DNA of 64,000 nucleotides, from the NCBI RefSeq assembly GCF_009914755.1, contig NC_060947.1, one strand, 5' to 3'. Below, in pieces: positions 1-11,559 of the stretch. Source of the stretch: the human T2T-CHM13v2.0 reference genome, Homo sapiens. Both the position numbers and the translations under genes were made by a program. The first letter of the stretch is position 1. Each line of letters begins with the position of its first letter. The notes beneath the pieces were generated by a model. The model had not been told where the DNA came from, did not search any database, and saw only the letters and a list, made by a program, of their open reading frames with translations.

Positions 1-294
1 GGCTGTTTCATTTTTTTAAGTATCTAATAATTTGCATGTAAGAGATTTCATACAATGAAATGAGTTGAAAAATGAAGGTGGGAATAATGTTTATCTTACC
101 TTTCTAAGTCACAAAAGGTACTACAGAACTGAAATGTCATACCAGCCCAATGAATTTTTATAAGCTACCCATTTTGTACTGTCTGTTAAATAATACTGTT
201 CTTAGATTCATCATCAAAAATCCCTCAGAATCGTTCTTATTTTAAAATCTAACCAGAAAATATAGTTGACATCCAACTCATCAGCATTCTTATT

Positions 295-490
295 AATGTG
301 TGTCAAGCTATATGGCAGGTCCTATACTGTGTACCATATATTTTATCTCCTGCATCCTTGGCAACGACCCAGTGTGGCAGATATTAACACCATTTTATAG
401 CTGGGGAAACTGAGGTCCAGAGAATTGAAATATCTTGCTCCAAGTCACACAACTAATAAGAGGTAGAGCCAGAATTTGAACTGAGGTATT
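295..490 (-). mobile_element. MIR SINE relic
   Basis: CATTTTATAGCTGGGGAAACTGAGGTCCAGAGAATTGAAATATCTTGCTCCAAGTCACAC matches the reverse complement of the MIR core; ends approximate. Confidence 0.8.
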
Positions 491-1881
491 TCTTCTTTTT
501 TGCTACTATCTGTTCAATAATCAACCAATAGTAGCCATGTGGCTCTGCATAGACTATGGTGGGAAATCACTTGGCCAAGGTTTGCTCCCCCTTTGTAGAA
601 GATGAGAGACCAGTTTTCACAGCCATATAAATTGTGAAATGCCTCTCTCGCATAATCTCATATTTGGTCCCATTGACAAGCCAATCCAACATTTTCTTCC
701 AATGAGACATAGAAAGTTGGAATATTTATTTATGAGAACGAGTCTACATCACCTTCCAATTAGGGGCTCACATGCCCTACTTGGGCAGCCTACCTCCATA
801 ACATTAACACCTTGAGATGACTTGTATCTAGAGGCATACCATTTGTATTTACTGAATAAATAAATGAGATTATTATTCATTATTACAAAGGGGATGCTGC
901 AAAAAGGGGGTCTCTGACAGTGAACTGGGTGAGACCCAAATGAGATGAAAGAGTTTTAGGAATGAAACAGTGTGTTTTCAGGAGCAGTGTGTTTCTCCAG
1001 CCCCAAGACCCTTTATAGAAACAAATTCGTTTGGAACAGATTTGCTGTGTTGATGAATTCACCCATTATGACTTGGGCAACATGGGTGAGACAACATGTT
1101 CTCCTGGCACAAATACCGATCTTAGATTCTCTTCTCTTCCTGTGGGTAGAAAGCATTTCTGAAAGAAATGGGAAACATCTGGGGAAAAATACAACAAAGC
1201 GGTGAACATCAGATGCCATCCACCAGATTAGCTCCTGAGATACATTTCCTGAGGAAGAAGAACACAACCTTAATGCAATTAGATGACAATACTGCAAGCC
1301 AACCAAGAAGCTAAAAGGTTTAGGTATCTCCCTAAGTTCTAAGTGGCTTTGTGTGCACCAGTTTAACTTTCCACCAAGATTTTAGGAGTGTGACATTAGA
1401 GCCTATGAATTTAGATAGCTCATTGGTTGTGGGACACTAACCACGCACCAGTATCAAGTATGTTTTTAGATCCCTCAAACATGAGGAGAATTCAGGTAGA
1501 GTATTGCATGCTACCACCTACTGCAGACTCGGACACAGCTCTGAATTTCTATTATGGCCTTATTTATAACTTTCAGACTTCATTAATTTGGGTAGAATTA
1601 TGATTTGGCTTTGGCTTTTTATTAAGGTTGTGTGTGACAAAAAAGTTATGCTTTCAATTTGTAAAAGCAAATACCTACGTGAGACCTGTCATGGCCAGCA
1701 TGAGCTGCAGACAGTCACGCTGATGGGGTTAATTGCCATTTTAAAATAATTCACTGCCTCCAGATTGATTCTTCTGTGTTTTGTCTTTACACAACATTAC
1801 TGTTTCTCACTCTAATTATTCAATGCTAAGTTCATACTTCTGAAGCAGGAGATTGGAGTCAGAGGAAATGGTGTTTGATTT

Positions 1882-1895
1882 GTTGCCATGGAAAC
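1882..1895. promoter_or_regulatory. RFX X-box motif
   Basis: GTTGCCATGGAAAC, one base from the palindrome GTTGCCATGGCAAC, in a block with no recognisable repeats; function not shown. Confidence 0.45.
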
Positions 1896-3116
1896 ATCTC
1901 GCTGTAGATGGACTCTAATCCCATGACAACTCTCTCTCTCTTAAGAACCATTTTTTTCTGACATAATAAAAATCTGATCAAGGTCAGATTTAATAACCAT
2001 CTCAATTCCCCGACTTTCTCCTGTATTTGGTGTCAGAGAGTCATTTTGACAAAGCGATGATTAAAAGAACTTTTGCTTGCTTTCTGTATAAAATTATTGT
2101 TTATGCCTCTAAATATATAAACCTGGCTCTGTGTCACATTAATTTGCAGCCATACCCTTTGTTATTGCATAATTTCTGCATTAAAAAAGTTACTTATAAT
2201 TGAATTGTTTGCACTATGTTGGCAGATGTTAACATTTTGTGGTGCATTGTTCTTGCTAATACATACATTGGGGTATCAATAAAGCTTATCATTTGTCAAC
2301 AAATGGTGTTTACAGTATTAACAAATGCCACGATCATTTATCTTTCAGTTTGTATTGTAATAATTTTCTGAACTGATTATCATGTAAGTATGCAGTTCAT
2401 TGAGATGGGAACTGTGCAATGCTGCACTGAAATGAAATGAAATGCTTCATGTTCAGAAAGGTAAATGAGAAATTGCCTGCAGTGTGACCTTAAGCAAGGC
2501 CCTTCCTCTCTGGGCCTCTGTGGCCTCATCTGTACAATGAGATTTTAGACCACATGATCTCTAAGGACTCCTCCTACATCTGGCAGACCCTGATCTTCAT
2601 CAGCCTTGCCGGGTAAGGGTCATAGGCTCCTGCCTGGACCCTCTTTCTGAGGGTTTTATGAATCCTGGGTCTGTAACCGAGTCTCCTACTTGCCATGCAT
2701 ATGGCACTTGGCCAGTCTGAAAGCTTTTAATTTGCTTCATTATAGCCTTACACTCATCTTGTGAAGGGGAAGGGCAGGGATTTTTAACTCCAGTTTATAG
2801 GTGAAGAGTCTGGGACTCAGAAACGTTAAACCACATGTTCAACATCACACAGCTTCTATTTAGTATAACTAGATCTCATATTCCCATTCTTTCACACGGT
2901 CAATGGAGTCATGTTAGTGAAACACTGCTAGGTATACAGATGCATCGAACACCATTTGTAGACAAATGATAAACTTTATTGATACCCCTAATGTATGTAT
3001 TAGCAGGAACAATGCACCACAAAATGTTAACATCTGCCAACGTAGTGCAAACAATTCAATTATAAGTAACTTTTTTAATGCAGAAATTATGCATCAAACC
3101 CCTTTCAGATTCACAA

Positions 3117-3409
3117 TTTTTTTTTTTAAGACAAAGTCTCACTCTGTTGCCCAGGCTGGAGTGCAGTGGCGTGATCTCAGCTCTCTGCAAGCTCCTCCTC
3201 CCAGGTTTACGCCATTCTCCTGCCCCAGCCTCCTGAGTGGCTGGGACTACAGGCACTGGCCACCACGTCCGGCTAATTTTTTTGTATTTTTAGTAGAGAC
3301 GGGGTTTCACCGTGTTAGCCAGGATGGTGTCGATCTCCTGACCTCATGATCCACCCGCCTCGGCCTCCCAAAGTGCTGGGATTACAGGCGTGAGCCACCG
3401 CGCCCAGCC
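3117..3409 (-). mobile_element. AluY, full length
   Basis: Poly(T) then Alu reverse complement with AluY diagnostics CTGCAAGCTCC, ACGCCATTCTCC and CGTGTTAGCCAGGATGG; partial TSD ACAATTTT. Confidence 0.95.
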
Positions 3410-3417
3410 CAGACAAT

Positions 3418-3620
3418 TTTGAATTCCAGCTGCACTTCTTACTACTTATGCATCCTGAGGGAAATTATATCAACTATCTATACCTCAGTTTCTTTATCTG
3501 TAACAAGGGGAAGCTAACAACAACACCTCACTGGGCTTCGAAGTTAATTAAGGGAGATTATGCATGTAAAGTGCTTACCACAGAGCCTGGCACACAGTAG
3601 GTGCTTATAATGGCAATGAC
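3418..3620 (+). mobile_element. MIR SINE
   Basis: CCTCAGTTTCTTTATCTGTAA core and AAAGTGCTTACCACAGAGCCTGGCACACAGTAGGTGCT 3' end. Confidence 0.85.
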
Positions 3621-4426
3621 AATGAGCATCATCATCACCTCCACTATCCACTCCAAAATATTACACCAAATATTACAAATCCTGCTCAGTGGTCTCCACT
3701 GGCAGGGAGTAGGGTCCTCCCAGCTGTCCACCCTCTGACAGCTACCTTTACATACTCACTGGAGATCCAGGGGCTTTCTTTTCCTTTCCCAGGCTTTTGC
3801 ACATTCATCATTCCCAATGACTACAAATCTTACAGAAAAATACCAAACATAAAATAAACCAGATGCCTACATGCTTAAATCATTCCATTCCTTGACAGTC
3901 ATTCTGTAAACATGGTTCTGATCTCCCTTTAGACATAATGGGCCCATGATTTGTGTGACAAATGTAGCAGATGCAAATATTTTTCTTGCCTACTTTTCTG
4001 CTTTCCTTCCACAAGTCATCAGAGCTTGTTCCACAGAAATCTGTGAAAGTGTCATTCTCTAGAGTGAGAGTCTACATAAGGCCAGGTCACCTGAGAGACC
4101 ATCATCCATCTGGACAGGGATTTTCTCCCATACTTGACTTGCTTTGCAATTCTATCAATGTCTGAATACACTGGCCTGGTGCAAGCCTTAGAGTGATGTA
4201 GAGGGCGGATGAACAACTTTTCATTGCTTAGGAGGATGCAGCTTCATCTACCTGCCTCCTAGCAAGGAAAACCTTGGTCCTCAGTACTTTAAATTGTTTT
4301 TCATACTTGTTCTTGTTTATCGGTTGCTGTGTGCCAAGGCATAGAAGACAACCCAATTCTGACTCTGGGGCCTCCATGAATTGTTCATGCAACTCTCCTC
4401 TCCTGGCTTCCCATCTGATACCCCCC

Positions 4427-4427
<1 letters not shown>

Positions 4428-4475
<48 letters not shown>
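4428..4475. repeat. (AC)24 microsatellite
   Basis: Perfect dinucleotide run read directly. Confidence 0.98.
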
Positions 4476-4476
<1 letters not shown>

Positions 4477-4926
4477 ATACTCACCTTAAAATAAGTAGCT
4501 TGGATGAAATGGCTTCCAATAAGCCCTTTTGTGCTGACAGTGGGGAAGTGGGTAATTTGTCTCAGCCACCCTGCTGGATACACGTCCATCCAGCAGGACT
4601 GTGAATAATTGCTCTCAGGGCTACAGGCTCAAGGAGGGGCAAACATTGAGTCATTGTTGCCCACTGCTCTTGTAAAACTCACTTATTTTTCCATTTAAAA
4701 TGAACCAATGAAGAAATACGTTAAACAAGAAGTGAAATATTTTACAGACTTATAAGACTTATGAACAAGGTTTTGCTCTCTGAATGTTAGTGCAGAGAGT
4801 ACACTAAAAATATACACAAGGTGGTAACTGGATTATACTCTCTTCAATGGCCATAACAATACCTTCCTCTCTGATGAGATTTTAAATAATTGAGTGAACT
4901 GTGGCAGGTAGTAACAGCACATAAGA

Positions 4927-5272
4927 TGATATGGTTAGGCTTTGTGTCCCCACTCAAATCTCGTCTTGAATTGTAATCCCCATAATCCCCACATGTCAAG
5001 GGAGAGATAGGTGGAGGTGACTGAATCATGGGAATACTGTTCTCGTGATAGTGAGTTCTCACAAGATCTGATGGTTTTATAAGGGGCTTTTCCCCCTTCA
5101 CTCAGCACTTCTTCCTGCTGCTTTGTGAAAAAGGTGTCTTGCTTCCCCTTTGCCTTCCACCATGATTGCAACTTTCCTGGGACCTCCCCAGCCATGCAGA
5201 ACTGTGAGTCAATTAAATCTCTTTCCTTTATAAATTTTCCAGTCTTGGGCAGTTCTTTATAGTAGTATGAAA
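4927..5272 (+). mobile_element. MaLR solo LTR, THE1/MST family, slightly 3'-truncated
   Basis: Starts TGATATGGTTAGGCTTTGTGTCCCCAC; contains GAACTGTGAGTCAATTAAATCTCTTTCCTTTATAAATT; terminal ACTAATACA is missing. Confidence 0.9.
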
Positions 5273-5429
5273 AGGGAGTCAGGTAAAGAGACCAAATTTC
5301 TATTTATCTCCCAACTCCTACTCAGTCCTCCCTCATGGATTATCCAGTTTGATTTTGGGCTAGCCAGCCTGGTTTTGTGGCAAGTCTAAGTTTACAAAAA
5401 TGTTTTAAAAGTACTACTACCTTTATAAT

Positions 5430-5780
5430 ATCCTCCAAATGGGTGATCTCTCCATTTACTATGCTACTTCCATGATTCAAACCCTCACCACTTCTCTCCT
5501 TGTCACTATACCAGCCTCTTAGCTGGTCTCTCTGCCCTCTGTCACTCTCCTTCCATTAGGGAGATCTTGCTGAAACCTAACTCTCTCAAAAATAAAATGC
5601 ACACCTTATTATGTCCTTGAAATCCTTTATAAACTGTCTACTCTTTTCAGAATAAATCTCAACCTCTTAAGGGGGGCCCACTAGGCCCACCCGATTTGAC
5701 TCAACCCACCTCTTTGACTCAACTCTTCTGTCATGTGCCAAATAATATCACCCTCTGGCTCATTCATCAATTAATTCATT
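5430..5780 (+). mobile_element. L2 LINE relic
   Basis: CAGCCTCTTAGCTGGTCTCTCTGCC...CAGAATAAATCTCAACCTCTT resembles the L2 3' region. Confidence 0.65.
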
Positions 5781-5852
5781 ATTTCTCTTCCTCTGCTTGT
5801 CCCAACCCTTGTGTCTAGAAAAAGGGATCACTGGCATTAATTAAATACCTTC

Positions 5853-6155
5853 TATGGTATATTACCTACAAAAACGGCCACAGCAATCTCTTCCCTTCCT
5901 ATATACACACAATGTTCCTCCCATCAAGTTAATTTGCTCTCCCCTTGACTCTGGAATACATAGCCCTGTGACTTGCTTTGGCTAATAGAATGTGACAGAA
6001 GTGACACTGTGACTTATAAGCTTAAGCCTTAAGAAGGCTTGGAAGCTTCTGTTTTCGCTTTTGAAACGCTCACCATTGTGTAAGGAAGCTCAGCCTAAAC
6101 TACTAAATAACAAAAGAACACTTGAAGAGAGAGGCCCTGGGACCACATGGAGAGA
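5853..6155 (+). mobile_element. MLT1 (MaLR) LTR, 5' part
   Basis: CCCTGTGACTTGCTTTGGCTAATAGAATGTGACAGAAGTGACACTGTG...AAGCCTTAAGAAG is typical of MLT1G/H. Confidence 0.8.
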
Positions 6156-7211
6156 GACAATCATTCATCCAACATTCAAGGACACAGCAATGAACACTCA
6201 TAGGTCCTCTTATATGATAAGCAGAACATGGGCTGTGATCAAAGCAGAGAATGGGCTGCAGAGACTAGATATTTCAATTCTACCAGTTATATTGCCTGCG
6301 TGACCTTGAAGAAAGCATATAACTTCTCTGGATCTCAGGATCCTTGACTGTACAATGAATGTGAAAGGAATAGCTCTGCTTACCTCACGGGGCTATGATC
6401 AGACCCAGGTGAGATTCTGTGGCCTGAGTAAAGGGCTCCATCTATCATGAAGTGCTGAATCTAAGTAATGTGATGTCCCAGTTGGCTCAAGCAAGGACTG
6501 AGTAATCTGAGCACGTCTCCCAGATAATGTGAAGTGGGGACAGAAAGTTTGAGGAGGATTTCACAAGGAATGAGGAAAATATGAGGAAGTTTCCCCAGGT
6601 TATAAGACTCAATTACAATAAAGAGAGACAAATCTGTCCCTTGATAACCAACCCAGCTGTGCCTGTCTCTATAACGAAGGTAATAATGGTCCTTTCCCCA
6701 TTATTTACCCAAAGTGCCACTGCAGAGTCTAGAACAGGTTAGTGGACTCCCAGTGCTGAAAAGAAAATGACCAATCATATGGGGCTACCAGATATTGAAC
6801 TTCTGTCAATTGCCTGGTGACCAAAGCCATGATTGTTCTCTCTTGCTCCCCCAGTTTCTCTACATTCCAGTCTTAATTTTGTAAGAATGCATGTCAAAAA
6901 ATTTTATGGCAAGAACCAAGAACTGAAATAAAAGTCACCACAAGCAAATAAGAGCAATTGCTGTCAGAAATCACATGCAGATCGGTTTTGGCAAATATTG
7001 GGAAATGTCTCACAATGCTCCAGTGAGCACTGAGAAATGCCCCCAAAGAGACCCTGCTGACAGTATGGCAGAAAGGTACAGGTGAGGGCAAATAGCAGAA
7101 GGCAGGAGCTCGCTTCCACTTGACAGAAAGTTCCATAACAAAATCTCCATTACCTTTAATGATTAGTTTTCAGTTTTGCCTTCCTAATTAGTGATTTCAC
7201 CCATTCTCTTT

Positions 7212-7440
7212 GGAAAAAGCACACTGCACTAGAAGTCAGGAGACCCCTGTTGGAATCCCTGGTTTGCCTCCTACAAGCTGAGTGAGCTTGGGCAGAGGCT
7301 TTGACTTCTCTGATTCAGTTTTCTCATCTGTGACATGGGGTGAATCTCCACCTACCCCACAAGCTTGTGTGAGAGAAGGGAGGGCAATGTAATTTGAAGG
7401 CTGCAAAATGCTAGAAAAATGGAAGTGATTTTTATGATTA
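7212..7440 (+). mobile_element. MIR SINE
   Basis: GGAAAAAGCACACTGCACTAGAAGTCAGGAGACC...CAGTTTTCTCATCTGTGA. Confidence 0.8.
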
Positions 7441-8731
7441 AATCAAGACTCGGAATTTACACATTTGCTGCCTGCTCTCGAGGTTGAAAAATAGAGCTCA
7501 AAGGTCAAGTGCAATTCATTAAAACCTAATTAGAAGACAAATTGTCTTTCATTTAAACGTGATACAGAATACAGCCGCTTAAGGAATAAGGATAGTTTAT
7601 TTTAAACTCTTTGTTTCAATTCAAAGCTTCCAGGATTTATGGAGCAGCTGCTCTGTGCAGGCCTTCTGAAGGGGACACAAAGAAGCAGAGGGCACCATGC
7701 CCACCTTCCTAGAGCTTGCAGTCCAATATGGATGAGAAGACAAGGCCACAAATAAACAAGAGACAGAGCATGCTTGGGGGCTGAAATAGCTACAAGACTA
7801 ATGCCGTAGGCTAGGGTTCCCTTGTGTGCAGGAGTGTTATCTAATTGGGAAGAAGTTAAGACAGTACTAAAAGAAGGACTTGAAGGAGCAGCATGTGTGT
7901 TGGCAGAGACAGGCAGCAGACAGAAGCAAAGTAGCAGAGGTGGCAGAATGTGGGCCTAATCCAGAAACCCCCAGGGTCTGGCCTGGCTGTGGCACGTGTA
8001 CCCCACAGACAAGCTGAAGACATGAGGCCTTTCCTTGAAAGCCAGGAAGATCAAACTCAGGAATTAGACCTTCAGTCAGTTGTCAGTGCAGAGTTGTAGA
8101 CAGCACAGGATTGATCAGAAATGACTCCATGTACTTTGATTACCCTCTCCTGACTTAAATGACTCCAGAGTTTTCCTATTTCATTGTCATGCCCAAATGC
8201 AAGATTATACATACTTGATCTGACCTTGGTCTTGAACAACCCAGCTTTTTCACTCAGTTAGCCAGGCTTCCTTTCCTTCCATAATCATTTATTGAGCACT
8301 GTGATGGCTTTTTGATGTGTCAGATATTTTACACTCATGGGGACTCAGCTACAGTCCCCATTTAGTCAATCAAACATGAATCTAGGTGCTACGGTAGAAG
8401 GGATTTTGCAGATGTGTTTAAATTTCCTAATGAATTCACTTAAGTTAACTTAAGGGAGATTATCTTGGGTGGGCCGGACTTAATCAGATGAGTCTTTGAA
8501 AAGAGAGTTTAGGCCTTCCATGAGGCAGAGATTCCAAACAGCTCCTGCTCCAGGGTTTCAGCCTGTCCATGGTCTTCTCTCCTGACTGCTGCCTGTGGAT
8601 AACAAGCTTCAGCCAGTGTCTGTGAAGTTCTAGCCTGCTAGCCTGCTTGTGATCTTTCCTTTCTGGCTGCCTGCTCTGCAGACTTCAGACTTATTTAGCC
8701 AGGCCTGACAATCACATAAGCTAGTTCCTTG

Positions 8732-8734
<3 letters not shown>

Positions 8735-8772
<38 letters not shown>
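8735..8772. repeat. (AC)n microsatellite
   Basis: Perfect run. Confidence 0.95.
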
Positions 8773-8774
<2 letters not shown>

Positions 8775-9008
8775 GTTGAGTATCACTTATCTGAAATTCT
8801 TGTGACCAGAAACATTTTGGATTTCAGATTTTTTATAGATTTTGGAATATTCGTATTATACTTACTGTTTGAGCATGCCTGATCTGAAAATTCAAAATCC
8901 AAAATGCTCCAATGTGCATTTCCTTTGACCATCATGACCACGCTCAAAAAGTTTTGGATTTTGGATTGTTTTGGATTTCAGATTTTTAGATTATGGATGC
9001 TCAACCTG
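8772..9008. mobile_element. MER46A-like TcMar-Tigger MITE
   Basis: TIRs CAAGTTGAGTATC...GATGCTCAACCTG followed by TA; about 237 bp with TTTTGGATTTCAGATTTTT subterminal motifs. Confidence 0.88.
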
Positions 9009-10884
9009 TATATAATACATAGTGTATATAATATATATTATGTAGTATATATAATAGTGTAGTTTTATATATATATATATACACACACACACATGCATAT
9101 ACATATATATTTAGAAAGATAGATAGATAGATATGCTATGTCTGTGTATCTTACTGTTCCTTATGTTTCTTTGGTTGAATCCTGACTGACACAAGGAACT
9201 GCCCAGTACAAAACTCTGTGCAGGGTACTAATGGTATAGTGGTGAGCGAGACATAGTCCCTGTCACCAAGGAGCTCATGAGTTATTGGAGATGAAACAGG
9301 CAAGTCAACTGGCATTTCCAGATAGCAGATCAGTGCTGGGAAAGGGTGGCATGGGAGCACAAAACAAAAGGACATTTAACCTAGAATGGGGAGGTAAGGG
9401 ATGCTATAGGGAGATATGATGACAAAGTAGAAACCTGAAGGATAAGGAATTTGCCAGATTAATGGGGAGAAATGAAAGGTGTTCCCAGCAGAGGAAGCAT
9501 TCCCAATGCTGAGAACATCTTGCTACTCATTCAAGAAAATTCTGAAGTAAAATACTCTGAACTCAATAAATATTTGTGGGATTAATTACTTGATACACAT
9601 AAGGGAAAAAGAAGACATTGCCCTGGGTAGGAATATAAGCCAGGACCAAGCATTGCTTATTGAAGTAAGGAAACAAATGAGAAACAAACAATTCCAGAAA
9701 TTGAGAAGAAGAGAGAAAAAAGTAAGGTCTGCTAAGATCCTTTGAATAAGTAGTTAACCTGAGCACAGTCTAGGAAAGGCCCACTGGACTTCCTTCCACA
9801 CGCAGAATCTTGCCTTTGATACTACACATCAATTTGTTGAGACCTGTACCAAAGTGACAGTGTAGTTATAAGATGAAAGAAGCCCCCGAGGTACAGAGTG
9901 TTGATGAATATAGGCCAAAGGAAGGTCAAGGTCACATGGTGGAAAGGAAGATCATGTCTGATAAAGGGGACTATATCTCCCAGAGCAAAAGACCTTGGCC
10001 ATATTTGTAGATATAGTCTTTCAAATAGTTTCAATTTTTATTCAAGCTTTTAATGTAATTATTTGGCAGTAATCCAGGAAACAAAATATAAAAACAAATG
10101 TAAAGGGAAAGAAGGTATGGCTGCCTTAAGTTTAAGAGAAAGGACTGATGCAGTGCAAAATGGAATCTAGCCTAGAAAGATAGATCTGATAATAATAGTG
10201 AAAGGTGTTTAAAAGTGCCTGACGCAGCTCTACAGAACAAGATTGGTGAGATATTGATCCCTTGAGGAAATGACCAAGCGCACCAAGCAGCAATCCCCAG
10301 GAAGGTTGCTCTAAAAAAGAGGAAAACCAACCAATCTTTTTTCGTGGTGGGTCAATTCTGCTGATTCAACTGACATTTAGCTGTTGACTTTTTAGAGTCT
10401 GAAACTATACTTAGCGAAAGAAAATTGCACTGACAAAAACTATGGACATAATAGTAGTAATACACCATGTTATTCCTCTTGTTTTTCTTCCAAAATCTCC
10501 GAGGTTAAGCATGCTTTATCCATCCACTTAACCATGCTTAATGCCAGGCACTAGAACTCTAGAGATGAATCTGTCGTGGTGCTTGCCCTCAAGGAACATT
10601 CTCCTGAGAGGCTCCAAGAGATAAAAGTGGAGGAGAAACTAGGAGAAAAGTCTACATGGGACTCCAAAGGAGTCAGTTCTACTGAACAGGGGATGGTTCC
10701 CAGATAGAATGGCTGTTTGCCAGTTGGACAACCGTCATGAAGAGGTGAGAATGTTCCAGGCAGAATGAGTCATGGGAGGCAAGATTCAGAGTCTTGAAAC
10801 TTCTGGAACTAGGGGTATATCCTACTGGCTAGAGAGTTAGAGGGGAAGGGAGTGCTGAGAGGGAGGTAAGAGTGATCCTGTAAC

Positions 10885-11013
10885 CAGTGGTTCTCAATTC
10901 TGTACATAACAGTCACCTGGAAACACAGAAAATTAGCAATACATGGAACCCAATAGAGACCACTGAGCCAGGATTTGTAATATTTTGGTGCAGACCAACA
11001 TTGGCAAACCAAG
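10885..11013. mobile_element. MER5-like hAT-Charlie MITE relic
   Basis: CAGTGGTTCTCAA start and degenerate TTGGCAAACCAAG end. Confidence 0.6.
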
Positions 11014-11559
11014 GATGGAGACATTGAAGAATCCTTGCAGGGTTCTTTGATGATGAATGCCATGTTCATCAGACCTTGAATGATATTTAGAGTCTTAATA
11101 GGCATTTCAGCCACAAGTGTTTTCCATTAAAACCTTTACACGTGCTGACTGCTATTAAATTAAAAAAATTTAACCAGCCTTTTTCACAAAGCCCAAAGTG
11201 TATTTTCTGTGTAATTGTGTTGACACAACAGGGATTTAGTCAACTCAATCATGGAAATCCTCACTCTCAATTTCATGAACCTCTTATTTTTTTCATTTTT
11301 CCTACTTTTGTTTGCCATTGCTCAGTACAGAGGCCTTCCCTGTGACTTCCCTTCAGCATCAGCAATAGCATTCAAGAAACTGGCATTGCTCACTCTGAAG
11401 AGCTGCGGGAAAAAGAGGTAAAGAAGTGAGAACTTCTCCAAAGCTGTTCCAGGGGAGAGGGCTGCAGATTGGAAGTCCTGCATAAGCTGACGTCTGTGCT
11501 GAGAATGAAGGTTGTTCCAGAAATTGAGAAGAAGAGAGAAAAAAGAAAATATTTCTGGC

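Larger units (their letters stand above)
8300..9193 (+). mobile_element. MLT2 (ERVL) solo LTR, inserted in a minus-strand L2 and interrupted by microsatellites and MER46A
   Basis: TGTGATGG start, GGGAGATTATCTTGGGTGGGCCGGACTTAATCAG body, GAATCCTGACTGACACA end; L2 sequence on both sides. Confidence 0.8.

Noticed and set aside
3106-3420. Apparent 4-bp discrepancy between the AluY TSD copies (CAGATTCACAATTTT vs CAGACAATTTT)
   Set aside because: Explained by an ordinary post-insertion microdeletion or a shorter 8-bp TSD
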